64,000 nt of DNA from Patescibacteria group bacterium (GTDB taxonomy: Bacteria > Patescibacteriota > Patescibacteriia > JAXHNJ01), in the NCBI GenBank assembly GCA_034520665.1, contig JAXHNJ010000001.1, positions 194,579-258,578 on the forward strand. Reading direction: 5' to 3'. Both the position numbers and the translations under genes were made by a program. The notes under the pieces were generated by a model. It was not told the DNA's origin. It ran no database searches and saw nothing but the letters and a program-made list of their open reading frames with translations. Of the stretch, positions 1 through 10,499 are shown one piece after another. Every line of letters starts with the position of its first letter. The stretch's first letter is position 1.

Positions 1-1
1 A

Positions 2-241
2 ACTAAAAAAGAATCAGAAAAAATATTTAAAGCTGTTAAAAAAGTTTTAAAAAAATCCCTTAAATATGGCGGTACTTCAGCTGACGCTTATATTAATGCC
101 GAGGGAAAAGAAGGGGATTTTGAAAAAATGTTGTATGTTTATGGACGACGGGGCGAAAAATGTAAAAAATGCCAGGCTGAGATAAAAAGTATTAAACAGG
201 CCGGGCGCGGCACTTATTTTTGTTCTAATTGCCAGAAATAA
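2..241 (+). CDS. mutM: Formamidopyrimidine-DNA glycosylase, C-terminal fragment (runs off the window start)
   Basis: Frame 2 reads ...KYGGTSADAYINAEGKEGDFEKMLYVYGRRGEKCKKC...GRGTYFCSNCQK*, the Fpg GGT loop and C4 zinc finger. Confidence 0.92.
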   Translation, partial: TKKESEKIFKAVKKVLKKSLKYGGTSADAYINAEGKEGDFEKMLYVYGRRGEKCKKCQAEIKSIKQAGRGTYFCSNCQK

Positions 242-288
242 AAAAAACCGGCTAAGCTATTTAAGCAGGTTTTTTTATTTTAATTATT

Positions 289-726
289 TTAAGGAATAAT
301 TAAGTAAAACATATAAGCTAAGACAATTCCAAGAATAAAGCCGACAATAACTTCAGCTAAAGTATGGCCAATATGCTTTTCTAGTCTTTTTGGAAATAAC
401 TGCCTTTCTTTTTTGGGATATTTTGCTATAATTCTTAGCAAGGCAATTGATTGGAAACTGATAATCTGCCGCATACCTAAAGCATCTCTAATAATGATTA
501 ATGAAAAAATTACGGTTACGGCGAAAATTGGACTGAAAATTCCTTCAGCTATACCGATAATTGTACAGAGAGAGGTAACAAAAGCGGTGTGGACTGAAGG
601 CATGCCCCCATAATCAAAGGTAATGTCAAGATTGAAATTAGCTTTCAAACCTCGGATTAATATTTTAATGGCAAAAGTAATAATGCCGACAATCAGAGGG
701 ATAATTAATAATTTAGGATAAACCAT
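289..726 (-). CDS. Divergent PAP2 family (DUF212) membrane protein
   Basis: GGMPSVH...RDALGMR...GHT motifs; start taken at the ATG at 726 rather than 747 to avoid overlapping uppP. Confidence 0.8.
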   Translation of the reverse strand: MVYPKLLIIPLIVGIITFAIKILIRGLKANFNLDITFDYGGMPSVHTAFVTSLCTIIGIAEGIFSPIFAVTVIFSLIIIRDALGMRQIISFQSIALLRIIAKYPKKERQLFPKRLEKHIGHTLAEVIVGFILGIVLAYMFYLIIP

Positions 727-728
727 AA

Positions 729-1544
729 ATGGATTATATTTACTCAATTATTTACGGATTGGTGCAGGGTTTGACCGAATTTATACCGGTTTCTTCTTCC
801 GGACACCTGGTTATTATGCATCAGATATTTGATTTTGATTTTGTTAGTTCTCTTAGTTTTGATGTCATGCTTCACGCCGGCACTTTAGTAGCCCTGCTCA
901 TTTATTTCTATAAAGATATTATAAAATATATCGGCGCTTTTTTCAATAGTCTGTTAAAATGGCAGGTTAAAGAGAAACCAAATCAGCTTATTGCCTGGAT
1001 GATATTAATTGGCACCTTACCAGCTTTAGTCTTTGGTTTTTTTCTGGAAGAGATTGTAGAAAATTCCTTGCGCTCGCCGCTTTTGGTAGGATTGATGCTT
1101 ATCTTAGTCGGTTATTTGTTTATTTTATTTGAAAAAAGAACAAAAAAAATAAAATTATTATCTGAAAGCTCCTTTAAATCGGCCCTAATTATCGGATTTT
1201 TTCAAGTTTTGGCTCTTATTCCCGGCACTTCTCGCAGCGGCATTGCTATACTAGGCGGTCTTTCCCAAAAATTAAAAAGAGATCAAGCGGCTCGGTTTGC
1301 TTTTCTTTTAGCTATCCCAGTTACTTTAGGGGCCGTGGTTAAAAGAAGCGGCCGCTTATTATCATCTGATTTATTAACTCATGAATGGGTATTAATGATA
1401 TTAGCTTTTCTAGTGGCGGTTATAGCCGGATATTTGGTTATTCGTTTTTTATTAAAATTTTTAAAAACTCATTCTTTAAAAGTATTTGCTTATTACCGCT
1501 TTGTTTTGGGAATAATTATTTTAATATATTTTTTGATTAATTAA
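729..1544 (+). CDS. uppP: Undecaprenyl-diphosphate phosphatase
   Basis: GLVQGLTEFIPVSSSGH and LIPGTSRSG motifs; multiple TM helices. Confidence 0.95.
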   Translation: MDYIYSIIYGLVQGLTEFIPVSSSGHLVIMHQIFDFDFVSSLSFDVMLHAGTLVALLIYFYKDIIKYIGAFFNSLLKWQVKEKPNQLIAWMILIGTLPALVFGFFLEEIVENSLRSPLLVGLMLILVGYLFILFEKRTKKIKLLSESSFKSALIIGFFQVLALIPGTSRSGIAILGGLSQKLKRDQAARFAFLLAIPVTLGAVVKRSGRLLSSDLLTHEWVLMILAFLVAVIAGYLVIRFLLKFLKTHSLKVFAYYRFVLGIIILIYFLIN

Positions 1545-1746
1545 AAAATTACCTAAATAATTATTTATTAAGAGAAAGGTTTGGATTTAGAGAGCCAGGC
1601 TTTTTATGATAGTGCTTGGCTTTTTGATTTGGTCTTTGTTCTAATTAAGAATCCCAACGCAGGCACGGAGAGTGGCGTTGGGTCTATGGGAGGCAGGGAA
1701 AAAAAGAGAAGAGAAGAATTTTTCTCATCGCTTAGGCAAAAGATTT

Positions 1747-1778
1747 ATCTCTCTGGCGCCGGATTTATCCGGCGATTT
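1747..1778. repeat. 32-bp palindrome-containing repeat, exact inverted copy at 10879-10910
   Basis: ATCTCTCTGGCGCCGGATTTATCCGGCGATTT is the reverse complement of 10879-10910. Confidence 0.9.
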
Positions 1779-1909
1779 ATGTTTTGCTAATTGGTTATGG
1801 TTATAGCAGCTAGTAAGGTTTTGGTAGTGGGTTTGGAATAGAAAAACATTGACTCAGCCTAATAACCAAACTAGCGGCTCGGCCTAAAACCCTCTTTTTT
1901 GCTAATTGG

Positions 1910-1961
1910 TTTATACTGGCGGAGTAATCTTTTTAAAATGTCGCCACATGAATGTTGTGCC
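1910..1961. repeat. ~52-bp repeat, imperfect inverted copy at 10930-10982
   Basis: TTTATACTGGCGGA...TCGCCACATGAATGTTGTGCC versus GGCGCAACATTTATGTGGCGA...TCCGCCAGTATAAA. Confidence 0.85.
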
Positions 1962-2134
1962 GGGCTCTAAATTGTTTATAACTTTTCTGACACGGGATTT
2001 ATCTTGTGACGCAATTTTTAATAATTAAAAATCTAGCGCAGGTCTTTTGTGCCTGCGCTAGGTTATCTTTATAAATAACCAAAAATCCCTCTCAAGTGAT
2101 GAAAGGGATTTTTGTATGGTATATCTATTTTAAC

Positions 2135-3166
2135 TTAGAATGTTGGTTCTTTAGGCTCTTCAAAGAATTTCTTAGGCCTAAACAGTGTGACCAGTATAGC
2201 CATAATGATTGCTACCCAGGGCCACCAGCCGTTAGTCTGACAGGAATATTCAAAATAAATCCAGAAAGCAGCTACAGTTAAGACTAAGGGGAAAAGCCAC
2301 CACCATTTATTTTTTGATTTTTTGACTAGGAAGTAATAACCAATTAAAACGCCAATATAAATAATGAGAATAATCAGCCACCAGGACCAGGCCAGGGGAG
2401 TACATTCATCGGAAGGGCTTTCTTCCTCTTCCTGGGCTTGAGCTTCTTCACTAACTCCGGCTACTTCACCTTCAGGCTCAGTTTCTTGTTCCTCTGATTC
2501 TGAGACTTCTTCTGTTTGAGCGGCTTGATTAGTGTTATTATTTACATTTTCTTCGGCTACCGGTGGCAGCAGGGTTTCTTCTTTGACTTCAATTTTTACG
2601 CTTTCAGAAATATTACTACTAGTGGCCATAATTTGACCCAAGCCAGTGTCTTTAGGCACAAATACACCTTCCTGGTTTATTTCGCCCAAGTTTCCTTCAT
2701 GAGAGAAGGTAAGTTCAGGATTTTCAATAGTATTGCCCATGACATCAAAAACTTTGGCTTCAAATTTTTGGCTTTGATTAAGATTAATTACTTCCGGCAT
2801 AGAGTTGGGATTAACCACAATAGAGTTAACTTCTCCGGAAATTACCTCAATTTCGTCTTGCGCGGCAAAGTTACCGTATTTGGCTTCAATTAGCCAGGAA
2901 CCGGCCTTGCCAGCTTGATAAACATTATCTTCAATAGAACCGCGTGGATCTTCAGTAATAAAAATAGCAAATTCAGAAATATCCCAGGTATTTTTCTGCT
3001 TATCCTGAGCTTTTAAGGTTAGATTAATAGTTTCTCCAGCCTTTATTTCCGCCGGAATATTAACCAGTTTGACCTGATCAATCCCTCCGTGTTCTTCCTG
3101 GGCTTGACTGGTAAGCGGAATAATAGCCAGACAAGAAATTAAGATAGTGAATAGCAGTTTTTTCAT
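2135..3166 (-). CDS. Exported Ig-like domain protein with acidic linker and three C-terminal TM helices
   Basis: Signal peptide, beta-rich Ig-like segments, Glu-rich linker, Trp-rich TM segments. Confidence 0.7.
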   Translation of the reverse strand: MKKLLFTILISCLAIIPLTSQAQEEHGGIDQVKLVNIPAEIKAGETINLTLKAQDKQKNTWDISEFAIFITEDPRGSIEDNVYQAGKAGSWLIEAKYGNFAAQDEIEVISGEVNSIVVNPNSMPEVINLNQSQKFEAKVFDVMGNTIENPELTFSHEGNLGEINQEGVFVPKDTGLGQIMATSSNISESVKIEVKEETLLPPVAEENVNNNTNQAAQTEEVSESEEQETEPEGEVAGVSEEAQAQEEEESPSDECTPLAWSWWLIILIIYIGVLIGYYFLVKKSKNKWWWLFPLVLTVAAFWIYFEYSCQTNGWWPWVAIIMAILVTLFRPKKFFEEPKEPTF

Positions 3167-3186
3167 AAGTATTTTTATTTTAATGG

Positions 3187-6100
3187 TTATTTTATACTGA
3201 TATCCTGTCTTTTTCTAAGCCGGTAAATTTGCATACCGCCAGCAGCCGTAAATAAGGTTAATAAGATATAGATGAAATTATAGAGATTCATACCCGCTTC
3301 AGCTAAGCCCAGCACCACGCCTTTCCTGACTTCTAGGGGAGCCGTGTCTGAAATATCTTTATGATTAACAGCAGTAACCACGGCTAAGTTGTCATAAGTG
3401 TTAGCCTGAACGTCAGCTCCTACCTTGACTTCATAATTAATCACTATTTCACTACCCGGAGCCATGTTGCCTAAGGTCCAAATTCTGACCGCGCTGTCAT
3501 CATAAGTAAAAGTAAAGCCTGCTGGTAATGTGTCAGTTAAAACTACGTCATAAGCTGTGGCTTCGCCAGTGTTAGTGACAGTAACTGTGTAATTAACCAG
3601 AGAATTAGGATTAACAAATTCCTGGTCAACTTCTTTTTCAATATTCAGAACCGGTTTGGCTTCTTCGCTTAAAACAGCTGGTATTCTAACCTCAAGAGTA
3701 ACGGAATCGTCAATTTTTTCATGGTTGTCAGCCCAGGTTTCAGCCAGGTTATCATAGAAGCCAGCTTCAACCTTGCCAACTGCTACTTGATAGTTCAAAT
3801 TAAAGTTCTCGCCCGGTGTTAAATCGCCAAGTTCCCAAGTGTGTGTGGCCAGGCCAGTGCTGACAAAAGTAAAGCCGTCCGGAAGAGTGTCTTCAAGTAT
3901 AACGTTATAAGCGGTTTCATTACCAGTATTTGAGATATTAACTGTGTAAGTAGCCACATTGCCCGGATTGGCAAAAGTTAAGTCAACTGATTTTTCTATA
4001 CCAAGGATTGGGCCAGACACAATAGTGGTCTCTTCATCAGCTGTGGTTTCATCAGTTTCATCAGAGTCGAGCACGGCTGTGTTATTAATCACAGTATTAT
4101 TGACTAAGCCTTCATTAGCAGTAACCGTAATGTCAAGCGTGCCCGTATCACCTGGGTTTTTAGTATCCAAGTTCCAACTGACTGTATGATTAGCTTGGTC
4201 ATAAGTATAAGTCTCAGAAGCGGAGACAAAGCTGACTTCGCTAGGCAGGTTATCTACTAAAGTTAAATTATTAACGGAATCATTACCGCCAACAGACCAA
4301 GTTAGGGTATAGGTAAAGTCTTTACCCGGAGCCACTGGGTCTTTACTGTCAATTTTATCTAGACCAATTTCGTAGATCAATTTTTGGTTACCAAAGTTAT
4401 TATTTCTACTAACTATACCAGAGGCAATAGTAATAGCAGCCGGAGCCATAGTTTGTCTCCAACCTTCTTGCGTGGTTTCAGTTAAATTATATTGACCGGC
4501 TTCCAGGTCAGTAAATTCATAATAGCCGTTTTCATTTGTAGTAGTACAAGTATTTTCATCCAAACAAATTTCCCAGCCCTGGAGAGCCTCTTCACCTTCA
4601 TCCCACTCAGAATTATTATTAACATCTTCAAATTTATAACCAGAAATTAGTCCCAATTTAAAGTTACCGAAGATAACTTCATGGGGTTGGCCGGATTTAA
4701 CCTCAACCTCATATTCAGTGCCGGTTATGGCCATAAAATCACTGTTTAGAATTTCTTTAACTGTATAAGTGCCTGGTTCAAGATTAGTCCAAGTATAGGA
4801 GCCATCGGCGCCAGTTACTTGATTATCACCAACTTGAACTTCACCTTGCCAGAGCTGAACAGTCCAGCCGGGTTTAGGAGTTCGATCATTATCTGTTTTC
4901 CATGATCCATCGGCATCAATATATTTGTAAGCAGTTATGCTGGCGTTTTCAAAGTTACCAAAGTCAAAATCACCATCTTTTACATCTACTCCAGAAACAG
5001 CTTCAAAGTTATAACTACCTGTCAAAGGGTAGGTTTGGGTCCAGCCTTCTTTAGTTTCTTCGGTTATATTATAACTACCTGGACCAATATCGATATAAGT
5101 AACACAACCGTTTTCATTGGTCGTTTTTTCTTGTTCATTAAGATAAACATTCCAGCCTTGATTGTAGACTGAATCATTTTCTATATTACCGTCACCGTTT
5201 TTATCAATATATTTACAGACGGTGACATCTATGTTTTGGAAATTACCAAAGTCATTACCAGTACTTTTATCATTGATGCCTAAAGTAATAACACTCGGAG
5301 CTAAAGTCTGAGTCCAGCCGGGTTTAAGGGTCTCTTCTAAGATATAACTGCCGGCGGATAGGTTATCAAATTCATAATAGCCATTAGCGTTAGTAGTGGT
5401 AGTGTCTAAAACCGGATTTTCTGTAGGCATATTCTCAGGAGTATTTTGATAGACCTTTTCAAAACATTTAGTGTCATAATTATCTAAATTACCATCACCA
5501 TTTAAATCAACTTTCTGGCTAGCAAAGGCGCCAAAGTCTGAAAGACCAATTTTATTATCCTTACTATAGTCATCGCCTGCTAAATTATAATCATCAAAGT
5601 TTTCTGAACAAGCAGAATATAATTTAATTTCCCAATCATCTAAAGCCGGTTCATCATTATCCCAAACATGGTTACCATTAATATCTTCGAATTTATAGCC
5701 GGTGATTTTACTGGCGTTGGCTGTGTTGGTAATGGTGCAGGTAACATCATCATCTTTTTCCAGGGTAATTTCATTGCCTTCTAAAGTTTTATTATTACAA
5801 ATCCATTTAGAGGCGGTATAACCTTCAATTTCACTTGATTCAGAAAGGGTATAAGTGCCGGTTAGAACCTCACCATGAGCCAAGCCATTTCCTTCAATTG
5901 TGGAAAGATCTTCACTGGTGGCTTTAAGTTTCCAGTCAATAGCTTGGGCCGTGCCGCCATTAGAATTATCTACTTGTTTAATTAAAGTTAAGTCGGCTGT
6001 GTTGCGGGCATTGCAAAGGGTGATTTCAATCCCGTCAGTGGTCACACCCAGTTTAGCTGGCAGTGTTCTGTACTCAGTAGTTTCACAGGTATAAATAGAG

Positions 6101-7893
6101 CCGTTTACATACCAGCCGGCAAAGTGATAATCATCAACATTATTTTCCGTGATATTGTAATTACCGGTAACAACAGATTCTTCGCTACCCATTAATTTAT
6201 CAAGAGTTTCACCTTCAAAACCCCATTGGAAGTTAAGGTTATTTGCTTTCGTGTTGTCGCCTTCAAATATTCCGTCGCCGTCAGCATCTACTTTTTTGTT
6301 TACTTTAATTTTACCGGTATCGCGGGTGTTGGTAAAAGTGCAGACGATGCCGTCGGTGGTTAAATCAATCTGTCTTGATTCAACTGCTCCATAAGATTGA
6401 TCATTGCAGGTTAAATCAGTGACATGATAATCATTTTTTTGTTTTTCAGAAATGGTATATAAACCAGTTTCTAAAGTTCGGCTGGAACCAGTAGTAATAT
6501 CTTGTTCACCATTTTGAATATTCCAGCTCCAATTTGTGGCTCCGATAATATCTTCGGGGTCATCAAGGTCGCCGTCGCCGTTTTCGTCAACATTTTTATA
6601 AACGATAAATTCTGCTGTGTTTCTGGTATTAGTGATTGTGCAAACCTTATTCTCACTGTTACCAACTGTTACATTTCCCTGAGCATCGCAATCACCAGAA
6701 ATTACTGATGTATAATTTGAAAGGTCGGTGTTAGTACCAGCATTTTCTGAGACAACATAATTTCCAACACTTACAGTTTGAGCACCAGTTGTTCCTCCAT
6801 TACCAACGTTTGTTCCTGTACCAGCTACTACACCGTCGATCATCAAGTTAAATAATCCTGTGTCATTACTAGGCACTAATACTTTGTTAACAGTAAGTGT
6901 TCCATTGCATGGTGTAGTAACAGTAGTTTCTACAATCTTAGAATCTAAACCGTTTGGCAGTTGGTCAGCATAAATTGTGCCGTAGTTGTAAATTGTTTCA
7001 TCTGAACATATTGGTAGCTCATCTACTGTAACTTTAAATTTTACCCAACCGGTTTCGCCCGGTGTTAGAGTACCGGCATTCCAGCTTAGAAGTGATCCGT
7101 CAAAGCCAGGATTATTAGCTCCGAATTTTTCACTTGAATATCCGAAATTAACATTTTCGCTTTGATCATGCCAATTAGCGTAAGTAGTTAAAGCAGGAAT
7201 ATAATCATCAACTCTTACTCCACCGCCGGTACAATTAGTTTTTCCAGCGTTATTAAAATTAAGAGTATAAAGCAAAGTATCACCTGGAAGAGCAGTTGGT
7301 TTATCAACTGTTTTTTTGATTTCTAATTGACAAAAATCACCCAAACAATCTGGTCCAGGCATTACTCTGTTATCATTTTTATTAGCATATTTTACATAGC
7401 CGTGAGCGCCGGTTTGGTCAGTTCCAAAGATTGTGTTAATTGTAAAACTAACTATTTGAGTTTCATTTGAACCCTCTTCGGTAAAGCTAAGTTCAGAAAT
7501 ATCCCATTGAATAACATTATTAACATTAATAGAACCGTCATAAATAGAACCGTCATACTTAATCCACTCACCGCCGTTAGGTGATGTGCTAATCAGATGG
7601 TTTTTTACATCTTCGCAAACTTTTAGTGAAACGTGACTAACTTGCTGGGCTTTATCAATTTCATCGATTCGATAAGTCCAAGTTTGGTTAGTATCGTCGT
7701 CGGCAACTCCTACAAAATTCCATTCATAATGTCCTTTAGGTTCATCTAATTGAATTGCCCTAGCCTGGCTTGGCTGTATCAGGGCTCCTACCATAGACAT
7801 ATTTAATAATAAGGCTAACATTAGAAAAATGTTAAGACTTTTGACAAGCTTGGTTTTGATAGATTTTTTTGGTAATAAATTGATTTTTACCAT
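3187..7893 (-). CDS. Large surface/adhesin-like protein with DUF11, SdrD-B/prealbumin-like repeats and C-terminal anchor
   Basis: Repeated IxKxVD...PGxxxxYT...D.LP (DUF11) and ISGYKFEDxN...GYYEFxxL (SdrD-B) units; C-terminal LAEAG, TM helix and basic tail. Confidence 0.85.
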   Translation of the reverse strand: MVKINLLPKKSIKTKLVKSLNIFLMLALLLNMSMVGALIQPSQARAIQLDEPKGHYEWNFVGVADDDTNQTWTYRIDEIDKAQQVSHVSLKVCEDVKNHLISTSPNGGEWIKYDGSIYDGSINVNNVIQWDISELSFTEEGSNETQIVSFTINTIFGTDQTGAHGYVKYANKNDNRVMPGPDCLGDFCQLEIKKTVDKPTALPGDTLLYTLNFNNAGKTNCTGGGVRVDDYIPALTTYANWHDQSENVNFGYSSEKFGANNPGFDGSLLSWNAGTLTPGETGWVKFKVTVDELPICSDETIYNYGTIYADQLPNGLDSKIVETTVTTPCNGTLTVNKVLVPSNDTGLFNLMIDGVVAGTGTNVGNGGTTGAQTVSVGNYVVSENAGTNTDLSNYTSVISGDCDAQGNVTVGNSENKVCTITNTRNTAEFIVYKNVDENGDGDLDDPEDIIGATNWSWNIQNGEQDITTGSSRTLETGLYTISEKQKNDYHVTDLTCNDQSYGAVESRQIDLTTDGIVCTFTNTRDTGKIKVNKKVDADGDGIFEGDNTKANNLNFQWGFEGETLDKLMGSEESVVTGNYNITENNVDDYHFAGWYVNGSIYTCETTEYRTLPAKLGVTTDGIEITLCNARNTADLTLIKQVDNSNGGTAQAIDWKLKATSEDLSTIEGNGLAHGEVLTGTYTLSESSEIEGYTASKWICNNKTLEGNEITLEKDDDVTCTITNTANASKITGYKFEDINGNHVWDNDEPALDDWEIKLYSACSENFDDYNLAGDDYSKDNKIGLSDFGAFASQKVDLNGDGNLDNYDTKCFEKVYQNTPENMPTENPVLDTTTTNANGYYEFDNLSAGSYILEETLKPGWTQTLAPSVITLGINDKSTGNDFGNFQNIDVTVCKYIDKNGDGNIENDSVYNQGWNVYLNEQEKTTNENGCVTYIDIGPGSYNITEETKEGWTQTYPLTGSYNFEAVSGVDVKDGDFDFGNFENASITAYKYIDADGSWKTDNDRTPKPGWTVQLWQGEVQVGDNQVTGADGSYTWTNLEPGTYTVKEILNSDFMAITGTEYEVEVKSGQPHEVIFGNFKLGLISGYKFEDVNNNSEWDEGEEALQGWEICLDENTCTTTNENGYYEFTDLEAGQYNLTETTQEGWRQTMAPAAITIASGIVSRNNNFGNQKLIYEIGLDKIDSKDPVAPGKDFTYTLTWSVGGNDSVNNLTLVDNLPSEVSFVSASETYTYDQANHTVSWNLDTKNPGDTGTLDITVTANEGLVNNTVINNTAVLDSDETDETTADEETTIVSGPILGIEKSVDLTFANPGNVATYTVNISNTGNETAYNVILEDTLPDGFTFVSTGLATHTWELGDLTPGENFNLNYQVAVGKVEAGFYDNLAETWADNHEKIDDSVTLEVRIPAVLSEEAKPVLNIEKEVDQEFVNPNSLVNYTVTVTNTGEATAYDVVLTDTLPAGFTFTYDDSAVRIWTLGNMAPGSEIVINYEVKVGADVQANTYDNLAVVTAVNHKDISDTAPLEVRKGVVLGLAEAGMNLYNFIYILLTLFTAAGGMQIYRLRKRQDISIK

Positions 7894-8557
7894 TGTTTAT
7901 TCTCCTTTTAATTTAAGTTAATTTGGTTAATTTAGTATATTAAGTTGATTGTTGTTTTGATTAGGTTCCTCGCATTACTCGGGATGACACTAAAGCGTCA
8001 ATTGTTAGATTAGCCAATTTTTCAGCGCCTCTTTTTAACTATTTGAGAGTATTTCGGCTTGAAAATTGTAGAGTAGATCCCGTCACTCGCTCTTCTACAA
8101 GCTCAGAGCTCGGACGGGATTGTTAGATTAGCCAAATTTTGTTCGCTCATTTTTTATTAATGAAATTTATTGAGCTCCAAAATTTTGCTAATCTAACAAA
8201 AAAACCAACAGAAAGCAAATAATTTTTAAAAATGCATAAAATAAGACCTTTTTCTCTCCTCTTTTTTGATCCTCTCTCCTTTTTTAGACCTTTTATTTAC
8301 TTTTTGTTGGTTTTAAACCTTTCCTCCTGATAGGTTTTATAAAAGAGCGTATGAAATTGTGTACCAAAGAGCGATTAATATATGTTTTCCCTCCTAATAT
8401 GTAGAAAAAAGAGCTATTTAAGTTTTTTTATCTTAGTTCATTTCTCATAATTTGTCAAGTAAAAAGGAGCCGTTCCATATTTCTTAATAAAACGGCCCCT
8501 TTGGATGGGAATTTGATTACTTTTATCTGAAATATATTAGACTTGTGGATAACTCTA

Positions 8558-10027
8558 TTACATATAGGGCACGATTAAAGTTAAAATAAAAAACAGAAAA
8601 GAAAGAAATGAATCAACTTTTTTCTTTTTAATAAGATGCTGCTCATGGTGCCAAATATGCCAGAGCTTAGGAGTCATGATAGCAATTTCGGCTAAAAATA
8701 GTATTATCAATAAAGAAAGGATTTTTGAGCTGTGTTTAACGTCTTTTACTCCTTTAACCTGACTGTTGATAGCCAAGCGGGTATTTTGATTATAATTATA
8801 AGCTAATTTTACATTTTGACTGTTGTAAGAGCGGTCTTCAAAAGTAAGCGCTTGATAATTTTTAAAATTATGAGGCAGAAATTGGTTTTGGTTCTGTTTT
8901 ATAAAAAGATTATTTTTAAAGTAGTGAAAACGAATGGTCTGGTTGTTTTTGATCAGAACCAGTCTTTCAGTGGCTGGAGAAGCAGCTACAAAAAGATTGT
9001 ATTGATTTAGATTAACTGGGTCCGGAAAAAAGAAGTAATTAGTTATGTGAAGATTTTTATTAGTAGTAAGTTTTGCTGGTTCAGGTGAATTCATCTTTTG
9101 CTGATCTTGTGGCTTGACTTCAGGGACAGAATTTTTGCTCTCTTTATTTTCAACTGGTGGCTGGTTATTTTCTAAAGCAATTACTTTTTTATCTTCTTCT
9201 TTTGTTTGAGTATCGCTTTGATTATTTTCCGGTTTTTTATTTTCTTCTTGTTTTTCAACTTGAACAGCTGGAGCCGGTTTGGGTTCCGGGGTTTCTTCTT
9301 GGTGAGTAATTGTTGATTCAGTCGTGCTGGCTGTGGCAACAACCGGAGGACTTGAAATAGCCTTATCCTGATGGCCAAACATCTGGACAATTAAAATGGT
9401 TGAGTGTCCCTGCAGTTTTCCATTAAGTACAGCCACGCCAATTTCATCATAATCAGAACTTAAAATATTTTCTCGGTGAGTGGGCGAAGCCATCCAGCCT
9501 TGCATGGCCCCGGAAGCGGAAGAAAAATCCATAGCCAAATTTTCACCGGCAAATTTATAGTCGTAACCGGATGAGTGAATAAAATCCCAGGGTTTTTTCC
9601 CGTCAGGTGCGAAATGGGCAAAGTAATCATCGGCTAGCATATCCTTGGCCTTGGCAACGGCCGCCTGGGTGAGATTGGAATTAAGTTTAAGCTGGGGTAA
9701 ATTATGATTAAGCCGTTCTTGGTTAGTCAGATTAATAATGGTCTGGCTGTCAATACCTTGACCAAAAGAAACAAAAGGAAGAAGTAAAAGAGTAGCCAGA
9801 AGCAGGCTGCTCAAACATTTGGCTAGATGAATTTTTTTAAAAAGATGGAAGGGATGTTTTAATTCTTTAAATCGGTTCCCGGGAGTCTTTAGACGAAAAT
9901 GGCCGCCTTTATTTTCAGCCATTAAAAAAGGTACTACTTCCACCTCCTTGTATTTGTTTTTCATTTTTGTTTTTATTTTGGCAAAAAAGGTGATAATAAA
10001 AAAAAGCGTTTTTTGACAAAAACACAA
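8558..10027 (-). CDS. CAP (SCP/YkwD) domain membrane protein; true start probably downstream of 10027
   Basis: LTNQER...KAKDM...YFAH...AGENLA...WMASPTHRENIL CAP signature. Confidence 0.88.
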   Translation of the reverse strand: MCFCQKTLFFIITFFAKIKTKMKNKYKEVEVVPFLMAENKGGHFRLKTPGNRFKELKHPFHLFKKIHLAKCLSSLLLATLLLLPFVSFGQGIDSQTIINLTNQERLNHNLPQLKLNSNLTQAAVAKAKDMLADDYFAHFAPDGKKPWDFIHSSGYDYKFAGENLAMDFSSASGAMQGWMASPTHRENILSSDYDEIGVAVLNGKLQGHSTILIVQMFGHQDKAISSPPVVATASTTESTITHQEETPEPKPAPAVQVEKQEENKKPENNQSDTQTKEEDKKVIALENNQPPVENKESKNSVPEVKPQDQQKMNSPEPAKLTTNKNLHITNYFFFPDPVNLNQYNLFVAASPATERLVLIKNNQTIRFHYFKNNLFIKQNQNQFLPHNFKNYQALTFEDRSYNSQNVKLAYNYNQNTRLAINSQVKGVKDVKHSSKILSLLIILFLAEIAIMTPKLWHIWHHEQHLIKKKKVDSFLSFLFFILTLIVPYM

Positions 10028-10499
10028 TTTTTATAGACCCTTATAGGAAAACAAATTTTTCTAGCCAAGACACTAAATTTTGATTATACTTTTTTGTTTA
10101 TGACCTCCCGTATGCTGTACTCATGATAATGGGGGGTAGTATTTTCTATATTTTTGTTTTTGTTTTTAGTATCTTTACTATGCAGTAAGTATAGCATAGA
10201 TTTGGAGAAAAGTCAATCCCAAATCCATTATAGTCTCACACCATTTACTCTCTTAATAAAAATTTAATGGCAAGAAGGCTAGACGGAGATAAATCTTTTG
10301 CCTACTTCAAAGTTTAGAATAATTCGGGTAGAGGCGAGCTCTTTTTATTATAAATACTAAAATAATTTTCAAAAAGCTAAATTCTCTAAAATTATTAATC
10401 TGTCTTCATTAAAGAATCATTTAAATAATAATTTTTAAAACTAGAATATTTATAATCTTCCGGACTTTTAAAGCTTTTTTAAAAGACGCTATTATTTTA

